A DNA stretch of 64,000 nt. Origin: a virus (taxonomy: Duplodnaviria; Heunggongvirae; Uroviricota; Caudoviricetes). Below the pieces are notes generated by a model. The model was not told where the DNA came from. It made no database searches and saw nothing but the letters and a program-made list of their open reading frames with translations. The position numbers and the translations under genes were made by a program. Below, one piece after another: positions 1 to 10,450 of this stretch (position 1 is the stretch's first letter; the number at the start of each line of letters is the position of its first letter). The DNA is taken from positions 9,539 through 73,538 of the IMG/VR virus record IMGVR_UViG_3300035208_008116, one strand, 5' to 3'.

Positions 1-1
1 C

Positions 2-1564
2 TTGAAAGAAGTTTCTACTCCCGTTGTCGCTGCAAAAATTACAGGGATCTTTAGGAGTGGAGCAATCTCAAGACCGTTTACTTCAGCAAAAACCGGTTAT
101 TGGAAACCCGAGGGGAATCGCTGGGACTTTATCCCCGGATTAAAAGAGCCGGGGCAACCCTCAATTTATATGGCAAAACCAAAAAAGGCTTCTGTCCAAA
201 AAGTTGATATTCCTACGAGAAAAAATATGGTTGATACCGTTAGTAAACAAATGTTCCAGGCTGGAGATGATCTCCTTGAGAACTACAAAGTCCCTAAGAG
301 AGAGATGAATAGAGATGCTTATACTCGTTATCTAAAAGGAGTTATTGATTCTGTTGATGTTAATATCCCCAAAGGAATGGGATTCCAAGACTATCAAGCG
401 GCAAGGACAAAAGTTCAAGACAGGTTGAGAGTTAAGGCTACTCAATATGTGGAGGAGGCTTTTGATCCAAAAAATGAAATAAAGTTCTCTGACTTTGAAA
501 CTCCAATAGGAGAAAATAAAAGGGTTCATCCTATAAAAGCTCTAGCACTAGAGTTCGAAAAGGAGGGGCTAGATCCCGAACGGGCAATGGTAGCAGCGAT
601 TAAGAGGGATACCGAAATTAAGTTAGGGTTGAAGGTGGCAGAAAAGACTCCAACAACCCAAAAGTCTTTTGACCCTCTTGCTAGAGAAGGTCTCCAGACA
701 CTGGGGATAAAAGCGTGGCATGATAATACTATTGGACATCTTAAAAATACCCCTAAAGATAATTACTCTTATGGGTTTGCTAAGACCATGGATGAGGGGT
801 TAAAAAAAGCGTTTGGAGAAAAATATTCTACAAATTGGAGTCTTAATTCTTACTTTGATATGACCACTAATATAGGGAAGATGATGTGGGGCCCAAGAAA
901 CATCTCCGGAACCTTAAATGAAAATAAGATGCCAATTTCCCAATTTAAGCAATTCTCCAAGGCGGTGGAATCAAAGAATTCCCAGGCAATCCATCAAGCA
1001 AGCGTTGAAAGGAATAGGGCCCTTGACCTCGCTAGCCAAGGAAGGACCCCTCTTGGGGCTTCTGAGGCCGAAGTAGAGGCCGCTCAGTCAGGGTTGCGTC
1101 TTAAGGATGCCACTCAGGGTGAGGGGATAAACTTCACAGATATGACAAAGGGAGAACTTAATATCTTTAAAGGAAGAATCTCAGCCGAGGCAGATGGTAA
1201 TTATTCTGCTGAGCGGGGGGCAGATGATGCTAATCGCTTAATCTGGGATATTGTGAATCGCTATAATAGTAACCCTAATGTTAAGACCCCTGCCAAGAGG
1301 CCTTATATGGCTCCAATCTTAGAGGAAGTAAAGGCGGAAGCCTCTACTTACAGGAATGAGAATAAAGCCGTGGCAAAAACAAGTAAGGGGATTTTAGCCC
1401 TGGGCGACAAGATTGCTTCGATCGTTAGAAGTATTAAAAGTATGGAGAAACTCGATAACGAAGGAAAATTATCGGAGAAGATTAAAAAACAATTATCCGC
1501 GAATCGTAAATTAAAAGAAGATCTTGCAAAGATTCAGGAGATGCTTAAGTCAAGAGGGGGTTAA
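2..1564 (+). CDS. hypothetical protein, 5'-partial (ORF open to window edge)
   Basis: 520-codon ORF running from position 2; no recognisable catalytic motifs. Confidence 0.4.
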   Translation: MKEVSTPVVAAKITGIFRSGAISRPFTSAKTGYWKPEGNRWDFIPGLKEPGQPSIYMAKPKKASVQKVDIPTRKNMVDTVSKQMFQAGDDLLENYKVPKREMNRDAYTRYLKGVIDSVDVNIPKGMGFQDYQAARTKVQDRLRVKATQYVEEAFDPKNEIKFSDFETPIGENKRVHPIKALALEFEKEGLDPERAMVAAIKRDTEIKLGLKVAEKTPTTQKSFDPLAREGLQTLGIKAWHDNTIGHLKNTPKDNYSYGFAKTMDEGLKKAFGEKYSTNWSLNSYFDMTTNIGKMMWGPRNISGTLNENKMPISQFKQFSKAVESKNSQAIHQASVERNRALDLASQGRTPLGASEAEVEAAQSGLRLKDATQGEGINFTDMTKGELNIFKGRISAEADGNYSAERGADDANRLIWDIVNRYNSNPNVKTPAKRPYMAPILEEVKAEASTYRNENKAVAKTSKGILALGDKIASIVRSIKSMEKLDNEGKLSEKIKKQLSANRKLKEDLAKIQEMLKSRGG

Positions 1565-1855
1565 TTCTCTTTCCTCCGCGTAGTTACGGGCTCCACTATA
1601 ATGTTTGTGTCCACAAAAAGGACAAACAACCGCGAGCCAGGCATTGTAATTCTTCCTTGGATCAAAAGTTAAGGGGGATTTTTTCCCACAGTTACGACAA
1701 ATAAAGTCCGGAAAAGGACTCCCCCCCTTGGAAACTCGGAGGTCTATTCGTCGATAGTAGTAAGCTTTCTTAAAGCAATTACGACAACAGTATAATTGTT
1801 TATTTTTTACGGGAATAAACTCCCTCCCGCAGGTGGCACAATTTCTTGTTTGCAT
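1550..1855 (-). CDS. zinc-ribbon protein (four CxxC pairs)
   Basis: CATCG...CCRNC...CRNCG...CPFCGH spacing typical of double zinc ribbon. Confidence 0.4.
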   Translation of the reverse strand: MQTRNCATCGREFIPVKNKQLYCCRNCFKKAYYYRRIDLRVSKGGSPFPDFICRNCGKKSPLTFDPRKNYNAWLAVVCPFCGHKHYSGARNYAEERELTPS

Positions 1856-1869
1856 TGCAGGGAACCTCT

Positions 1870-2238
1870 CTAGGAATTGCCCATGTGTGAAAATTCATTA
1901 AGTATTCCCTTCTGAAGTGATTTTAAACTATTGATAATCTGTTCAACATTCTGGACATGCGCTCTTGCGATATTATAAAGATGATTTTCTTCCGTTGCTT
2001 CTGCAAAAATCTTTGCCTTTGTACTCGTGATCGCTTTACCATTCTCATCAACCCGATTCTCGATATCTCTTGCAACTAACGTAAAATTTCTTTCAGCTGT
2101 AACCATCTGCATATTGTAGTAACAAAAATGTTGTGCCATCCTCGCAATTAACTCTCCCACCTCTTCACCACTAACCTCGCTTCTTTTATATTCGGCCATA
2201 AAATTGTCCATGTCCACTTGGTATCCTTCTTTTTCCAT
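1870..2238 (-). CDS. hypothetical protein
   Basis: 122-aa ORF in co-directional gene string. Confidence 0.3.
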   Translation of the reverse strand: MEKEGYQVDMDNFMAEYKRSEVSGEEVGELIARMAQHFCYYNMQMVTAERNFTLVARDIENRVDENGKAITSTKAKIFAEATEENHLYNIARAHVQNVEQIINSLKSLQKGILNEFSHMGNS

Positions 2239-2273
2239 ATTTTTTATTTTTAATTAATTATTAATTTCGACCT

Positions 2274-2813
2274 TTAATTTTCTAAACAACCCTCAGGGGT
2301 CCAGTCTTCGTCATAGATATACTGGCCGTTCAGGTGACCAAGCTCATGCTGGACAATCTGTGCGTCCTTACCTGAGAGTTCTATCACCCCAGGGGTTGTT
2401 AACGTGACATTCCCATCAATATCCTGAATGGTTTGGCATTCAAGGGTAATTTTATGGAATCGTTGACGAATGATTGGCTTATTATTAGGAAAAGATGAAC
2501 AGGCCTCCTTTTTGTCAACATAAGCTTTAGTATGGTTTATTATAACGGGATTGACAAGTATCTTCGCCTCTGCTGTGACAAAAAACCTTAATGGTCGAGT
2601 GTCATTAATCTGACTATGGGCAATAGCATAAGCCCCAGGATAAGGGCCATTCTGGGTGAAGCAGAGATTGTACATAATCTTGGCGTCTTCCACTAACTGT
2701 GGGAGGTCCTTATCTGTAACAGGAATGCTTTTTAATTTTGTTGGCGGGACAAGATACTTCAAGAAATTAATAGCCCCCTCTTCTTTTGCGGCTTTTGTTG
2801 CTTTATTATCCAT
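2274..2813 (-). CDS. def: peptide deformylase-like metalloenzyme
   Basis: three PDF motifs in order: G-x-x-AIA-x-x-Q, KEACSSFP (EGCLS-like), QHELGHLNG (QHExDHLxG). Confidence 0.6.
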   Translation of the reverse strand: MDNKATKAAKEEGAINFLKYLVPPTKLKSIPVTDKDLPQLVEDAKIMYNLCFTQNGPYPGAYAIAHSQINDTRPLRFFVTAEAKILVNPVIINHTKAYVDKKEACSSFPNNKPIIRQRFHKITLECQTIQDIDGNVTLTTPGVIELSGKDAQIVQHELGHLNGQYIYDEDWTPEGCLEN

Positions 2814-3109
2814 TAGAATTGCTCAAGCCACTTCTTTAACTCTTCGGCTTGAATTTTTGTTAAAACGACCTCCTCATAATTAAGATTCTCAAATCCAAGA
2901 ACATAACTTATTGCCTGTTTAATCCTCCAGAATAGGGGCATCTTTCGATCTGCCTCTACTACGGTTGCCCACATATAACCAAAATCATCATCCCACAATT
3001 CAAAGGCCACAAAATGCCCTTTGCTCCCACAATTACATTCGAGTCTTAAGTCTTTTTTCATAATTATTATTGTTAAATCCAATAATCGGAGCATCGACCC
3101 ATTTCTCAT
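2813..3109 (-). CDS. hypothetical protein
   Basis: 98-aa ORF, start/stop overlap with neighbour. Confidence 0.25.
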   Translation of the reverse strand: MRNGSMLRLLDLTIIIMKKDLRLECNCGSKGHFVAFELWDDDFGYMWATVVEADRKMPLFWRIKQAISYVLGFENLNYEEVVLTKIQAEELKKWLEQF

Positions 3110-3216
3110 CTAAAAAGACGTCATCAACCTTACATTTTGATTCTTTTTTCATCGCGTCGGAGGCAGAATTTGCCATAACAAACTTCCTAACAATATATCT
3201 TTTTTGAGGTAATTTT

Positions 3217-5358
3217 TTAGCCATTTTCGGTTGTTGATGTTCCATTAATTTTAGTGACGATTATTTTATGGTCGAAGAGGTCCTTAATGCTTCTTAGGTG
3301 GGAGATGCAGATGGTCTGTCTAAAATTTCTCCTTAGTTTTTCAAGGACATTAGAAAAATCTTCTGTTGATTCTTCATCAAGTCCAATAAAGAGCTCATCA
3401 AAAATTCTAAATCCAACTTTCTGAAGAGTTGCTAATGCTTCAGCGATAGCTACGGTGATCTTTAATTTTTGACCCCCAGAATAGTTATCGAAATCAAATT
3501 CCTCCCCTACTTCATTATAGATATTAATAAAGAGACCTTCAAGCATTGTTTCCCCATTATTGGCTTGTCTTTGTGTTTCAAGACGGATCCTAAAATCAGA
3601 AAGTTCTCCTAGGATTTCATTAATCTTCTCTTCTAAACGGGGAATAAGATAGTCAACAACAACTGTTTTTACTCCTTTCGGGGAGAAGGCTTCTTTTATG
3701 AGAGAGAGAACCTCGACTTTTTCAGTGACCTCAAGGAGTTCCTGTCTTTTTGTCGCAATTGACTTTTGGCAAATTTCAATAGTATTTTGAGCTTGAACCG
3801 CCACGGCAACTTCCCCTTGAAGAATAGCCAATTGAGATGTAAGTTTCTCCTTTTGTTCTATTAAATTTTTTTCCTTCAAGACATCATAACTTCCTCGGTA
3901 TTCATTAAGTTTTGCCTCAAGCGCGATAATTGTACTTTGGCAATCAGAGGCAGAAACGTTGACCTCTGCGCAATTGGTCATCAAAGAACTTAACTCCCCC
4001 TCATAAGTGGGAAGTTGTTCCCTTTGGCTGAGAATCATTGCTTTCTGGCTTTCTAGATTAGGGATATTCTTAACCAACCCTTTTAGCGTGTTATACCTCT
4101 CAAGGGCCCCCTCGGCGAGAGTGACCTCAGGGCCTAAGGCACTTAGGGCTTCTTCGTAGACCTTCTTTTGTCGTTCTTGTTCTAGCTTTAATTCATTTTT
4201 TTGTTTTATCTGTCCCTCAAGAAACCCCATCTGAGAACTTATTGACTTTGTCGATTTGTAGGAGTGATTACAAACGGGGCAAGTTTCCTCGATTCCCCCA
4301 TCAGTCATCAACTTAATCAATTGTTTATTGATTTCTCGAATTTCTGAGTCATAATCATAATTATTAACCCTGAAATCAGACATAAGAGAACTCCGTTTCA
4401 GTTTTTGTTGATAGATTTTTTCCTGGGTTTCTTCGAGTTCCTTTAGCTCATCTTGATATCCAATTAGTCCTAGTAATTGATGATCGACATTATTAAGATC
4501 TAAACTCTTAATCGTCTCAATCTTGGCTTTAATCGTATCAATTTGATCCGAATAAGTGCGTTGTTGGTACTGAAAGGTCTTTAAAGCAGAAGTCTCGGCG
4601 GCAAGTCCTCTTTCAATGGAATTAACTTCCTCCTCTTTTGCCTTCACTATTAACAGTGAACTATCAACCTCTTGAAGGGTTTTTTGGAGTAAAATCTCTT
4701 GTTCCTTCTTTTGTTGAATGTCCTTTACAAGGGGCTCTGTTTCTTTGATTTGGTGTTCAAGTGACTCAATTTGGGTAACCGCCCGCACTCTTCGCTCCCC
4801 CTCGAGGCTTAATTGGTCGCGGGCGCGTCCATAGTAAAGATCATAGTCCTCAGCACTGATTACTTCGAGGAGGAGGTCTTTCCTTTTATTAGCTGGCTGT
4901 CGGACGAAACTCTCAATGTTGTCTTGCGGATAGGCGACGCTGTTGATGAAGAGCGAGTAGGACGCCCTAACGATCTTGGTTTCGATAAAGTCTTGGATTT
5001 CTTTAAGACCTGTAATCTGGAGAGGAGTGTATTTAATTCCATCATTGGATTCCTCAAGGCTAAGGACATGCTTTCCTTTATCGCTAATACTTCTTTCAAT
5101 TCGGTATTGGACAACTTTGTCATCGGAATCATCTGAAAGGTCAAGAATAACTTTAGCCACTTTTTTGCCTCTTTTGACGAGATTACGGTTGTCTGAACGG
5201 CCTTTGCCATAGAGAGCCCAGATAATCGCTTCTGGGATCGTTGATTTTCCCGAACCGCTGCGTCCATCAATGAGGAACTCCGAATTACTTTCGAACTCGA
5301 TTGTCGTTTTTTCATGTGATAGGAAATTATTAATTTGTAATTTTTTAAGTATTATCAT
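3217..5358 (-). CDS. sbcC: SbcC/Rad50-family recombination ATPase
   Basis: N-terminal Walker A GRSGSGKST, long coiled-coil, CPVC zinc hook, signature YSGGQK, Walker B/D-loop IFDELFIGLDEE. Confidence 0.75.
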   Translation of the reverse strand: MIILKKLQINNFLSHEKTTIEFESNSEFLIDGRSGSGKSTIPEAIIWALYGKGRSDNRNLVKRGKKVAKVILDLSDDSDDKVVQYRIERSISDKGKHVLSLEESNDGIKYTPLQITGLKEIQDFIETKIVRASYSLFINSVAYPQDNIESFVRQPANKRKDLLLEVISAEDYDLYYGRARDQLSLEGERRVRAVTQIESLEHQIKETEPLVKDIQQKKEQEILLQKTLQEVDSSLLIVKAKEEEVNSIERGLAAETSALKTFQYQQRTYSDQIDTIKAKIETIKSLDLNNVDHQLLGLIGYQDELKELEETQEKIYQQKLKRSSLMSDFRVNNYDYDSEIREINKQLIKLMTDGGIEETCPVCNHSYKSTKSISSQMGFLEGQIKQKNELKLEQERQKKVYEEALSALGPEVTLAEGALERYNTLKGLVKNIPNLESQKAMILSQREQLPTYEGELSSLMTNCAEVNVSASDCQSTIIALEAKLNEYRGSYDVLKEKNLIEQKEKLTSQLAILQGEVAVAVQAQNTIEICQKSIATKRQELLEVTEKVEVLSLIKEAFSPKGVKTVVVDYLIPRLEEKINEILGELSDFRIRLETQRQANNGETMLEGLFINIYNEVGEEFDFDNYSGGQKLKITVAIAEALATLQKVGFRIFDELFIGLDEESTEDFSNVLEKLRRNFRQTICISHLRSIKDLFDHKIIVTKINGTSTTENG

Positions 5359-5623
5359 TTTTTAAAGATTCAATAATTGGTTCAACTTCACTAGGCCCAA
5401 ATATCGTCTCAGGGGTATTAACCCAAGCCATAACTTCTTGTTGTTTCTCTACCGGGAGGTGAAGGTCAATAATCTTCTTGATAACATCAGCCTTGGCTAA
5501 GGCGACGTCAGCGGGTGAGTAGACTCCACTAATGGAAGGAGGGAGCATCTTAAACTCCACAAAAATTTGTTCCCCGCAGTGAGGGCAGATTCTGGGAGCG
5601 ATTGTTTTTATTTCATTGTCCAT
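5345..5623 (-). CDS. hypothetical small protein (CPHCG zinc-binding motif)
   Basis: 92-aa ORF overlapping sbcC start. Confidence 0.3.
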   Translation of the reverse strand: MDNEIKTIAPRICPHCGEQIFVEFKMLPPSISGVYSPADVALAKADVIKKIIDLHLPVEKQQEVMAWVNTPETIFGPSEVEPIIESLKNDNT

Positions 5624-5628
5624 AGTAC

Positions 5629-5970
5629 TTATATTAGTTCGGGATTTTCGTAGATATTCCCTATAATCTCATAATCTTTTACGAGGCTAAAGACTGCTTC
5701 CTTGTCTTTCATTTTTAGTCTCCAAGCCCCCTTTTCTAAATCCCATGAGACGGTATAAATAGACCCCTCTGAATCACCCTGTTGAGGAGATCTCACAATA
5801 TCCCCTTCGTAAACTTCTATTCCATTAGAATCACTTACTCCCGTATACTGCAATATTCGATGGAAGTTATCACTCACTAAAGCCTCAGTTGGCCAATCTT
5901 TTACGATATCTGGATCAATCATTCTTTTTTCTTCTTTTCTCCAGACCTTAAATTTAATTTCCCTTTCCAT
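5629..5970 (-). CDS. hypothetical protein
   Basis: 113-aa ORF. Confidence 0.3.
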   Translation of the reverse strand: MEREIKFKVWRKEEKRMIDPDIVKDWPTEALVSDNFHRILQYTGVSDSNGIEVYEGDIVRSPQQGDSEGSIYTVSWDLEKGAWRLKMKDKEAVFSLVKDYEIIGNIYENPELI

Positions 5971-5972
5971 GT

Positions 5973-6506
5973 TTAAATTTGCTTAATTAATAATTGAATA
6001 ACTTCTCTTTGGGCTCCTGTCGTCTTGAACTTGTCATTGACGCAGGCTTGCCCCACTTGGGCTAATCCGAAACCATCACAAAGATTATCGTCATCGAAGG
6101 AGACTCGGTAGCGTTTATAGGTCTCCAGCATCATCTGGTCCTTTTGGGCATTACCTTTTCCTGTAATGAATTTCTTTAAGGTGGTGGGGGCAACGATTAA
6201 GAAATTTGTACCCTCCTCCTCTAAGTAATCCCTCACGAGATAATTCAATCCGGCTAACTGGACCAATGCAGTTGTGTTTCGCGCCATGAAGGCTAACCCC
6301 TCAATGACTACGACCTTTGGTTGGTTTTTAACAAGGAACTTAATGATCTCTTCTTTAATCTGTTTTATCCTTCTGATTTCGTCTAGGGGGCGAGATCCTC
6401 CTGGCTTAGACTTAATTAATTTTTTGTCAGACATCTTTCCGTCTTTAGTGGCGACGAGCCCTGTCCCCGTTAAGGATAAATCAATTCCGACGGAAATTGT
6501 GTTCAT
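5973..6506 (-). CDS. RuvC-like Holliday junction resolvase
   Basis: N-terminal GIDLSLTGTG (RuvC ILGIDPGSRVTG-like), VIEGLAF acidic residue, C-terminal DGFGLAQ (DAADALAIA-like). Confidence 0.55.
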   Translation of the reverse strand: MNTISVGIDLSLTGTGLVATKDGKMSDKKLIKSKPGGSRPLDEIRRIKQIKEEIIKFLVKNQPKVVVIEGLAFMARNTTALVQLAGLNYLVRDYLEEEGTNFLIVAPTTLKKFITGKGNAQKDQMMLETYKRYRVSFDDDNLCDGFGLAQVGQACVNDKFKTTGAQREVIQLLIKQI

Positions 6507-6508
6507 TT

Positions 6509-7042
6509 TTATTTTTTCTTAAAATAACCCGTTGACCTTATCCATGGTTGAGGGACGGCAATTTGGATAACGGATGGAGTTGCCCCCCTTTCTGACTTAT
6601 AATCATCGACCTCTTGAAAAATTGCTTCCACCTCCATTTCTTTAAATAACTCTCCCAAGCCACTCGGTGAGAACCGCCAGTAGTCATCTGGATGATGATG
6701 AATATTCCAAGACCATGGGACGGTAACAAAAAGATATGCTCCAGACTTGAGTGACCCAATAATATTCTCGGCAACAATGAATGGATTACTAGTATGTTCA
6801 AGCAGATCCATACAAATTCCGAGATCAAACTTCTTCCCCTTAATGGGCTTTCTTAAATCAACCCCATTATCAAAATCCAACATATGATAATCCTTTAATC
6901 CCCCTGTCTCAAGTAGTTGCTGAACAAAATTTGCCCCAATCGCCTCTGTGCCCCCATAATCAGCGACCCTCATATCATCCCTTAAAAAGGGTTGATGATT
7001 GTTCAGAAAATTCTGTAAAGATTTTATTGATGTTACTGTCAT
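6509..7042 (-). CDS. class I SAM-dependent methyltransferase
   Basis: MLDFDNG...FDLGICMDLLEH...LKSGAYLFVTVP Rossmann-MTase pattern. Confidence 0.45.
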   Translation of the reverse strand: MTVTSIKSLQNFLNNHQPFLRDDMRVADYGGTEAIGANFVQQLLETGGLKDYHMLDFDNGVDLRKPIKGKKFDLGICMDLLEHTSNPFIVAENIIGSLKSGAYLFVTVPWSWNIHHHPDDYWRFSPSGLGELFKEMEVEAIFQEVDDYKSERGATPSVIQIAVPQPWIRSTGYFKKK

Positions 7043-7043
7043 A

Positions 7044-8063
7044 TTAAGTTCTTACTAATTCTAATCCTTTCATTAATTTTTCCAAGTCAACCTCTTTTTC
7101 TTTGGCATAAATTTCGAGGAGGTTCTCAATATTAAAATCAAGAGCTCCTTCAATATGGACCTTTGTCCTTTCCCGAGGATACTGCTCAACTATTAGATAA
7201 GCATCGTACTTAGATAATTCCTCCTTCAACTCATTAATCTTAATATTCTTATCAGTGATGATGACCTTAACGATATTGTGAGGATTTGCTAAGACGGCCT
7301 TTTTCACATAGTCAATTGTTGGGTTTTCAAATTTAAAAATGGCTCTCCCCGGTAATCTAATTTGTTCAACTTTTAATTTCTTCCCAATCTTCCAGATATA
7401 TTTATCCATTTCCCCAACCTCATTACAAAAAATACTCCCTGTGACAATAACATTATCGTCGTGAGTTGGGGTATGAATATGTCCTCCAACAACCAGGCCG
7501 TATTTCTCTGCTAATTTTTTTCGCGGTAAAACAGGTTCATCAAAAATATTAGTTGAAATTGTTCCAGCCTGAGTGTCCGACATGGCGTGATGGTGGAAGA
7601 GAATGTCTGCTCCCTTAAGTCCTCGCATTATTTTTGAAGTTGCTTCACTATTCTCTTTAACCCCAAGCTCAGCTTTGGTTGAATAAGGGAGGAAATCCAC
7701 CACATACTCGCCAAGTGGCCATGGAGAGAGCTTTGTTGTGCAAATATGCCAGTTAACTTTATTCAGTTCTTTCAGGAAGTCAAGCGCACTCTTTCCATTG
7801 GCAGAAGTCTCGTGATTCCCTCTCAGGAGGTAAAGATCTTTCTTTCCAAAACGTTCCAAGAAGGCAACAAATTCCCGAATGACCTCAGAGGAATTATTCC
7901 GGCCATTTAATTGGTCTCCCATAAAAACAATATGGTCACAATCTTTTAAGGATTCCACAATAAAATCGAGGGTCTCCTTCTTTTCGCTAAGCCTACGATC
8001 CTTAATATAGTCCGCATAGCCAAGAGAATCTTTAAAATGTAGGTCACCGATTACGCCGATCAT
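7044..8063 (-). CDS. sbcD: SbcD/Mre11-family nuclease
   Basis: calcineurin-like motifs GDLHF, MGDQLNG, LRGNHE, GGHIHTP. Confidence 0.75.
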   Translation of the reverse strand: MIGVIGDLHFKDSLGYADYIKDRRLSEKKETLDFIVESLKDCDHIVFMGDQLNGRNNSSEVIREFVAFLERFGKKDLYLLRGNHETSANGKSALDFLKELNKVNWHICTTKLSPWPLGEYVVDFLPYSTKAELGVKENSEATSKIMRGLKGADILFHHHAMSDTQAGTISTNIFDEPVLPRKKLAEKYGLVVGGHIHTPTHDDNVIVTGSIFCNEVGEMDKYIWKIGKKLKVEQIRLPGRAIFKFENPTIDYVKKAVLANPHNIVKVIITDKNIKINELKEELSKYDAYLIVEQYPRERTKVHIEGALDFNIENLLEIYAKEKEVDLEKLMKGLELVRT

Positions 8064-8542
8064 TTGATTTTTTGAATGGTTAATTTATATTTTGCACAAA
8101 GTTTAATTCGTTCTGGGGGTATAGGACGCGTAACGATTAAGGCTGGTTCGCTTTGATGATAAACCCAATTTCCAATAGACCCTAGATGTTTTAAGATTAG
8201 CATTTCCCCATTTACACTACAGATGTCGCTTTGAGGAAAGGAGACTTTTAATTCAACTATTTTATTTTCTCCTTTTAAAGCCATTTGTCTCATTATTGTT
8301 CCGAATTTAGATTGGGATTTTATTCGATTACTCCAGACCCATGTCCCCTGAGTTTTTCCAAACTCCCGGGTGTCTAACTCTCCTGGGCAAAATCCTTCCT
8401 TCTTAATCTTCTTCCAATTTTGATCAGTAGTGTAATGATACCCATTAAGAAGCTTCCCCGTGCCACCTTCTGGACCCCCTAAGGGGCCCAGAGTGGCCGA
8501 TCCTTTACGCCATCGCCTCCAGAGCTGCGATAATTTGTCCAT
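8060..8542 (-). CDS. hypothetical protein
   Basis: 160-aa ORF. Confidence 0.3.
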   Translation of the reverse strand: MDKLSQLWRRWRKGSATLGPLGGPEGGTGKLLNGYHYTTDQNWKKIKKEGFCPGELDTREFGKTQGTWVWSNRIKSQSKFGTIMRQMALKGENKIVELKVSFPQSDICSVNGEMLILKHLGSIGNWVYHQSEPALIVTRPIPPERIKLCAKYKLTIQKIK

Positions 8543-9188
8543 AATTTACAGGAAGAAATGCAAGGCCTGTAATCTCCATAACCTTATCTTTAATCATACT
8601 GGCATCTCCTGACACTCCCAATTTTACAGACGCTAATTCCTGGATTTTTTCGATTTCCGTTTTTACTCCCTCAACCTTTGCTTCAGCGGTTTGATTTTCA
8701 GGGAATGATCCGAATGCCCCCCATCCATCTCCACCTGTTGAAGGAGCGGAGTCTTCTTCGTCTCCACCTTCTACAGGCATTGAGGTGGCCCCAAGCTTTT
8801 CAGCTGCCCCTAAGCGGGTGGCCTCCTTTTGCTGAGCGATCCAATCAGCGTTGACAATTTTTGGATCTTGCCAAATTGAAATAATCTTAGTGTCATTACC
8901 TGTTCCGTTTCGGGCAGGCAGGTTCTTGGTATATTTAAAACCAATAATTTGGCCAAGATTAACATGGGACATCTCGTCATGGAAGATCTTCTTGGTGTCA
9001 AGAACTCCAGTCTTAATAATTGTCCCGTCCTCTGCTAACAATTCGTAAACGGTTTGAGGCATACTATACTTATTAATGGCCTTACTCTTTCCAATATAAG
9101 TTCCTTGAACGGCATCGCCAATTTCCTTAAATGTGGCCCAAACAGTTTGGGTAATTTTACCTTGAGAAAAAATATCTACTGCTGTCAT
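8505..9188 (-). CDS. hypothetical protein with acidic Gly-rich segment (possible ssDNA-binding/recombination accessory)
   Basis: 227 aa, acidic EGGDEEDSAPSTGGDGWGAF segment; location in recombination module. Confidence 0.25.
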   Translation of the reverse strand: MTAVDIFSQGKITQTVWATFKEIGDAVQGTYIGKSKAINKYSMPQTVYELLAEDGTIIKTGVLDTKKIFHDEMSHVNLGQIIGFKYTKNLPARNGTGNDTKIISIWQDPKIVNADWIAQQKEATRLGAAEKLGATSMPVEGGDEEDSAPSTGGDGWGAFGSFPENQTAEAKVEGVKTEIEKIQELASVKLGVSGDASMIKDKVMEITGLAFLPVNYGQIIAALEAMA

Positions 9189-9248
9189 GTTGTTTATTGT
9201 TTATTAGTTAGTTTATCCAGCCCCTCAAGGCTGGAAAGGTCTCCTTCG

Positions 9249-9758
9249 TTAGGACGCCTTCTTTATAATTTTTTGGAACGTTTCTTCGGGGCGTTTTTCT
9301 ACTTTGAACAAATCGGGACAAACCCGATCCACTAACTGTCGACCAATCTGGGCTACAGATTCAGTTAGTTCCTCACAAGATTCAGTCAATTCCCTTTTTG
9401 AGATATATCGGTTCATTGCGATATCCGCGAAGGGACTTGTAATGATGTGGGCAATTTCGTGGGTCACCGCAGACGAGAGGGTTACAAGCTGTTCTTCTGC
9501 GAAGAGTTTGGAGGCAAGGGGAAAAATATTAATATACGCACTCTTGTAGGCTTTGTTGTACTGGATATCGAAAGCGATTTCTCCTTCTTTTCCACTTCGG
9601 GGGTGATCAACCTCATGAGTCTGAAAGTAAATGGAAAGGTTCCCCAGTCCGTAAATTTCAATAATCTTAGGGACAATCCTTTTCATCCATTTTTCTAACT
9701 CATTATGGGGAAGAGAATCATAACCGATTTTACCTTTATTTTCCTTTTGTTTCTTCAT
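9249..9758 (-). CDS. HExxH metallopeptidase-like protein
   Basis: VTHEIAHIITSPF motif. Confidence 0.35.
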   Translation of the reverse strand: MKKQKENKGKIGYDSLPHNELEKWMKRIVPKIIEIYGLGNLSIYFQTHEVDHPRSGKEGEIAFDIQYNKAYKSAYINIFPLASKLFAEEQLVTLSSAVTHEIAHIITSPFADIAMNRYISKRELTESCEELTESVAQIGRQLVDRVCPDLFKVEKRPEETFQKIIKKAS

Positions 9759-9813
9759 ATTTTTTATTTATTATAGAGCCATTATACTCCCAAGCTCCTT
9801 ACTTGTCAACTAA

Positions 9814-10449
9814 TTATTTGGGGATAACTTCTTTGGAGCAAGACGCCACATAGAGTCCGTTCCACCAATTTAACACGTCCCCATTCCCCCGAGAGGGGAG
9901 AAACCATTGATGGTTAATTCTGATATTAAGATCGAAGATTGCGTCTTGGGTTCCCTTCCGTACTTCTGGCCAATTATAGTCATCGACAATAAGGATAAAA
10001 TCTTGGGCTAAGGCTTTAAGGTATTGCGAAATTGCCTTGTACTGTTCTTCCTCTTTATGCCCCCCGTCGTAGAAATAGATATTGATATCATTTAACCCTT
10101 GGGCTTTTTGGTTGATAGTGAAACAATCCCCCTCAAGAAAATTAACTCCACCCTTTAAGAATTTTTTTGTATTTTTCAAAAAGGCTTCTTTTCCTCCCTC
10201 GAAGATAGACCAATCATCAATGGCACAATGAAAGTCCGGCTTATTCTGGTAAAGAGCCGAAATCAAGGTTGAACCCTTCCATGTTCCAATCTCAAGATAG
10301 CGGTCACCCTTTGCCACTAGATTATTGAGGAAATGTCGAATCTTTGGACTCGACATCCCCTCAATGGCAAGAATATCCTTAGTTAACTTTGATTTTTCTT
10401 TGACAGCCTTTTTAAGAGCACTCTCAATTTTCTTTTGGTATTTATCCAT
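9814..10449 (-). CDS. class I SAM methyltransferase (TylF/MycF-like O-MTase fold)
   Basis: YLEIGTWKGST...CAIDDWS...ILIVDDYNW pattern. Confidence 0.45.
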   Translation of the reverse strand: MDKYQKKIESALKKAVKEKSKLTKDILAIEGMSSPKIRHFLNNLVAKGDRYLEIGTWKGSTLISALYQNKPDFHCAIDDWSIFEGGKEAFLKNTKKFLKGGVNFLEGDCFTINQKAQGLNDINIYFYDGGHKEEEQYKAISQYLKALAQDFILIVDDYNWPEVRKGTQDAIFDLNIRINHQWFLPSRGNGDVLNWWNGLYVASCSKEVIPK

Positions 10450-10450
10450 A

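Noticed and set aside
332-5315. Short antisense/overlapping ORFs inside larger genes (332..529, 2656..2883, 4813..5136, 4860..5315, 4976..5212)
   Set aside because: They are fully contained within well-supported genes (the 520-aa ORF, def, sbcC) in other frames, so they are classic shadow ORFs.
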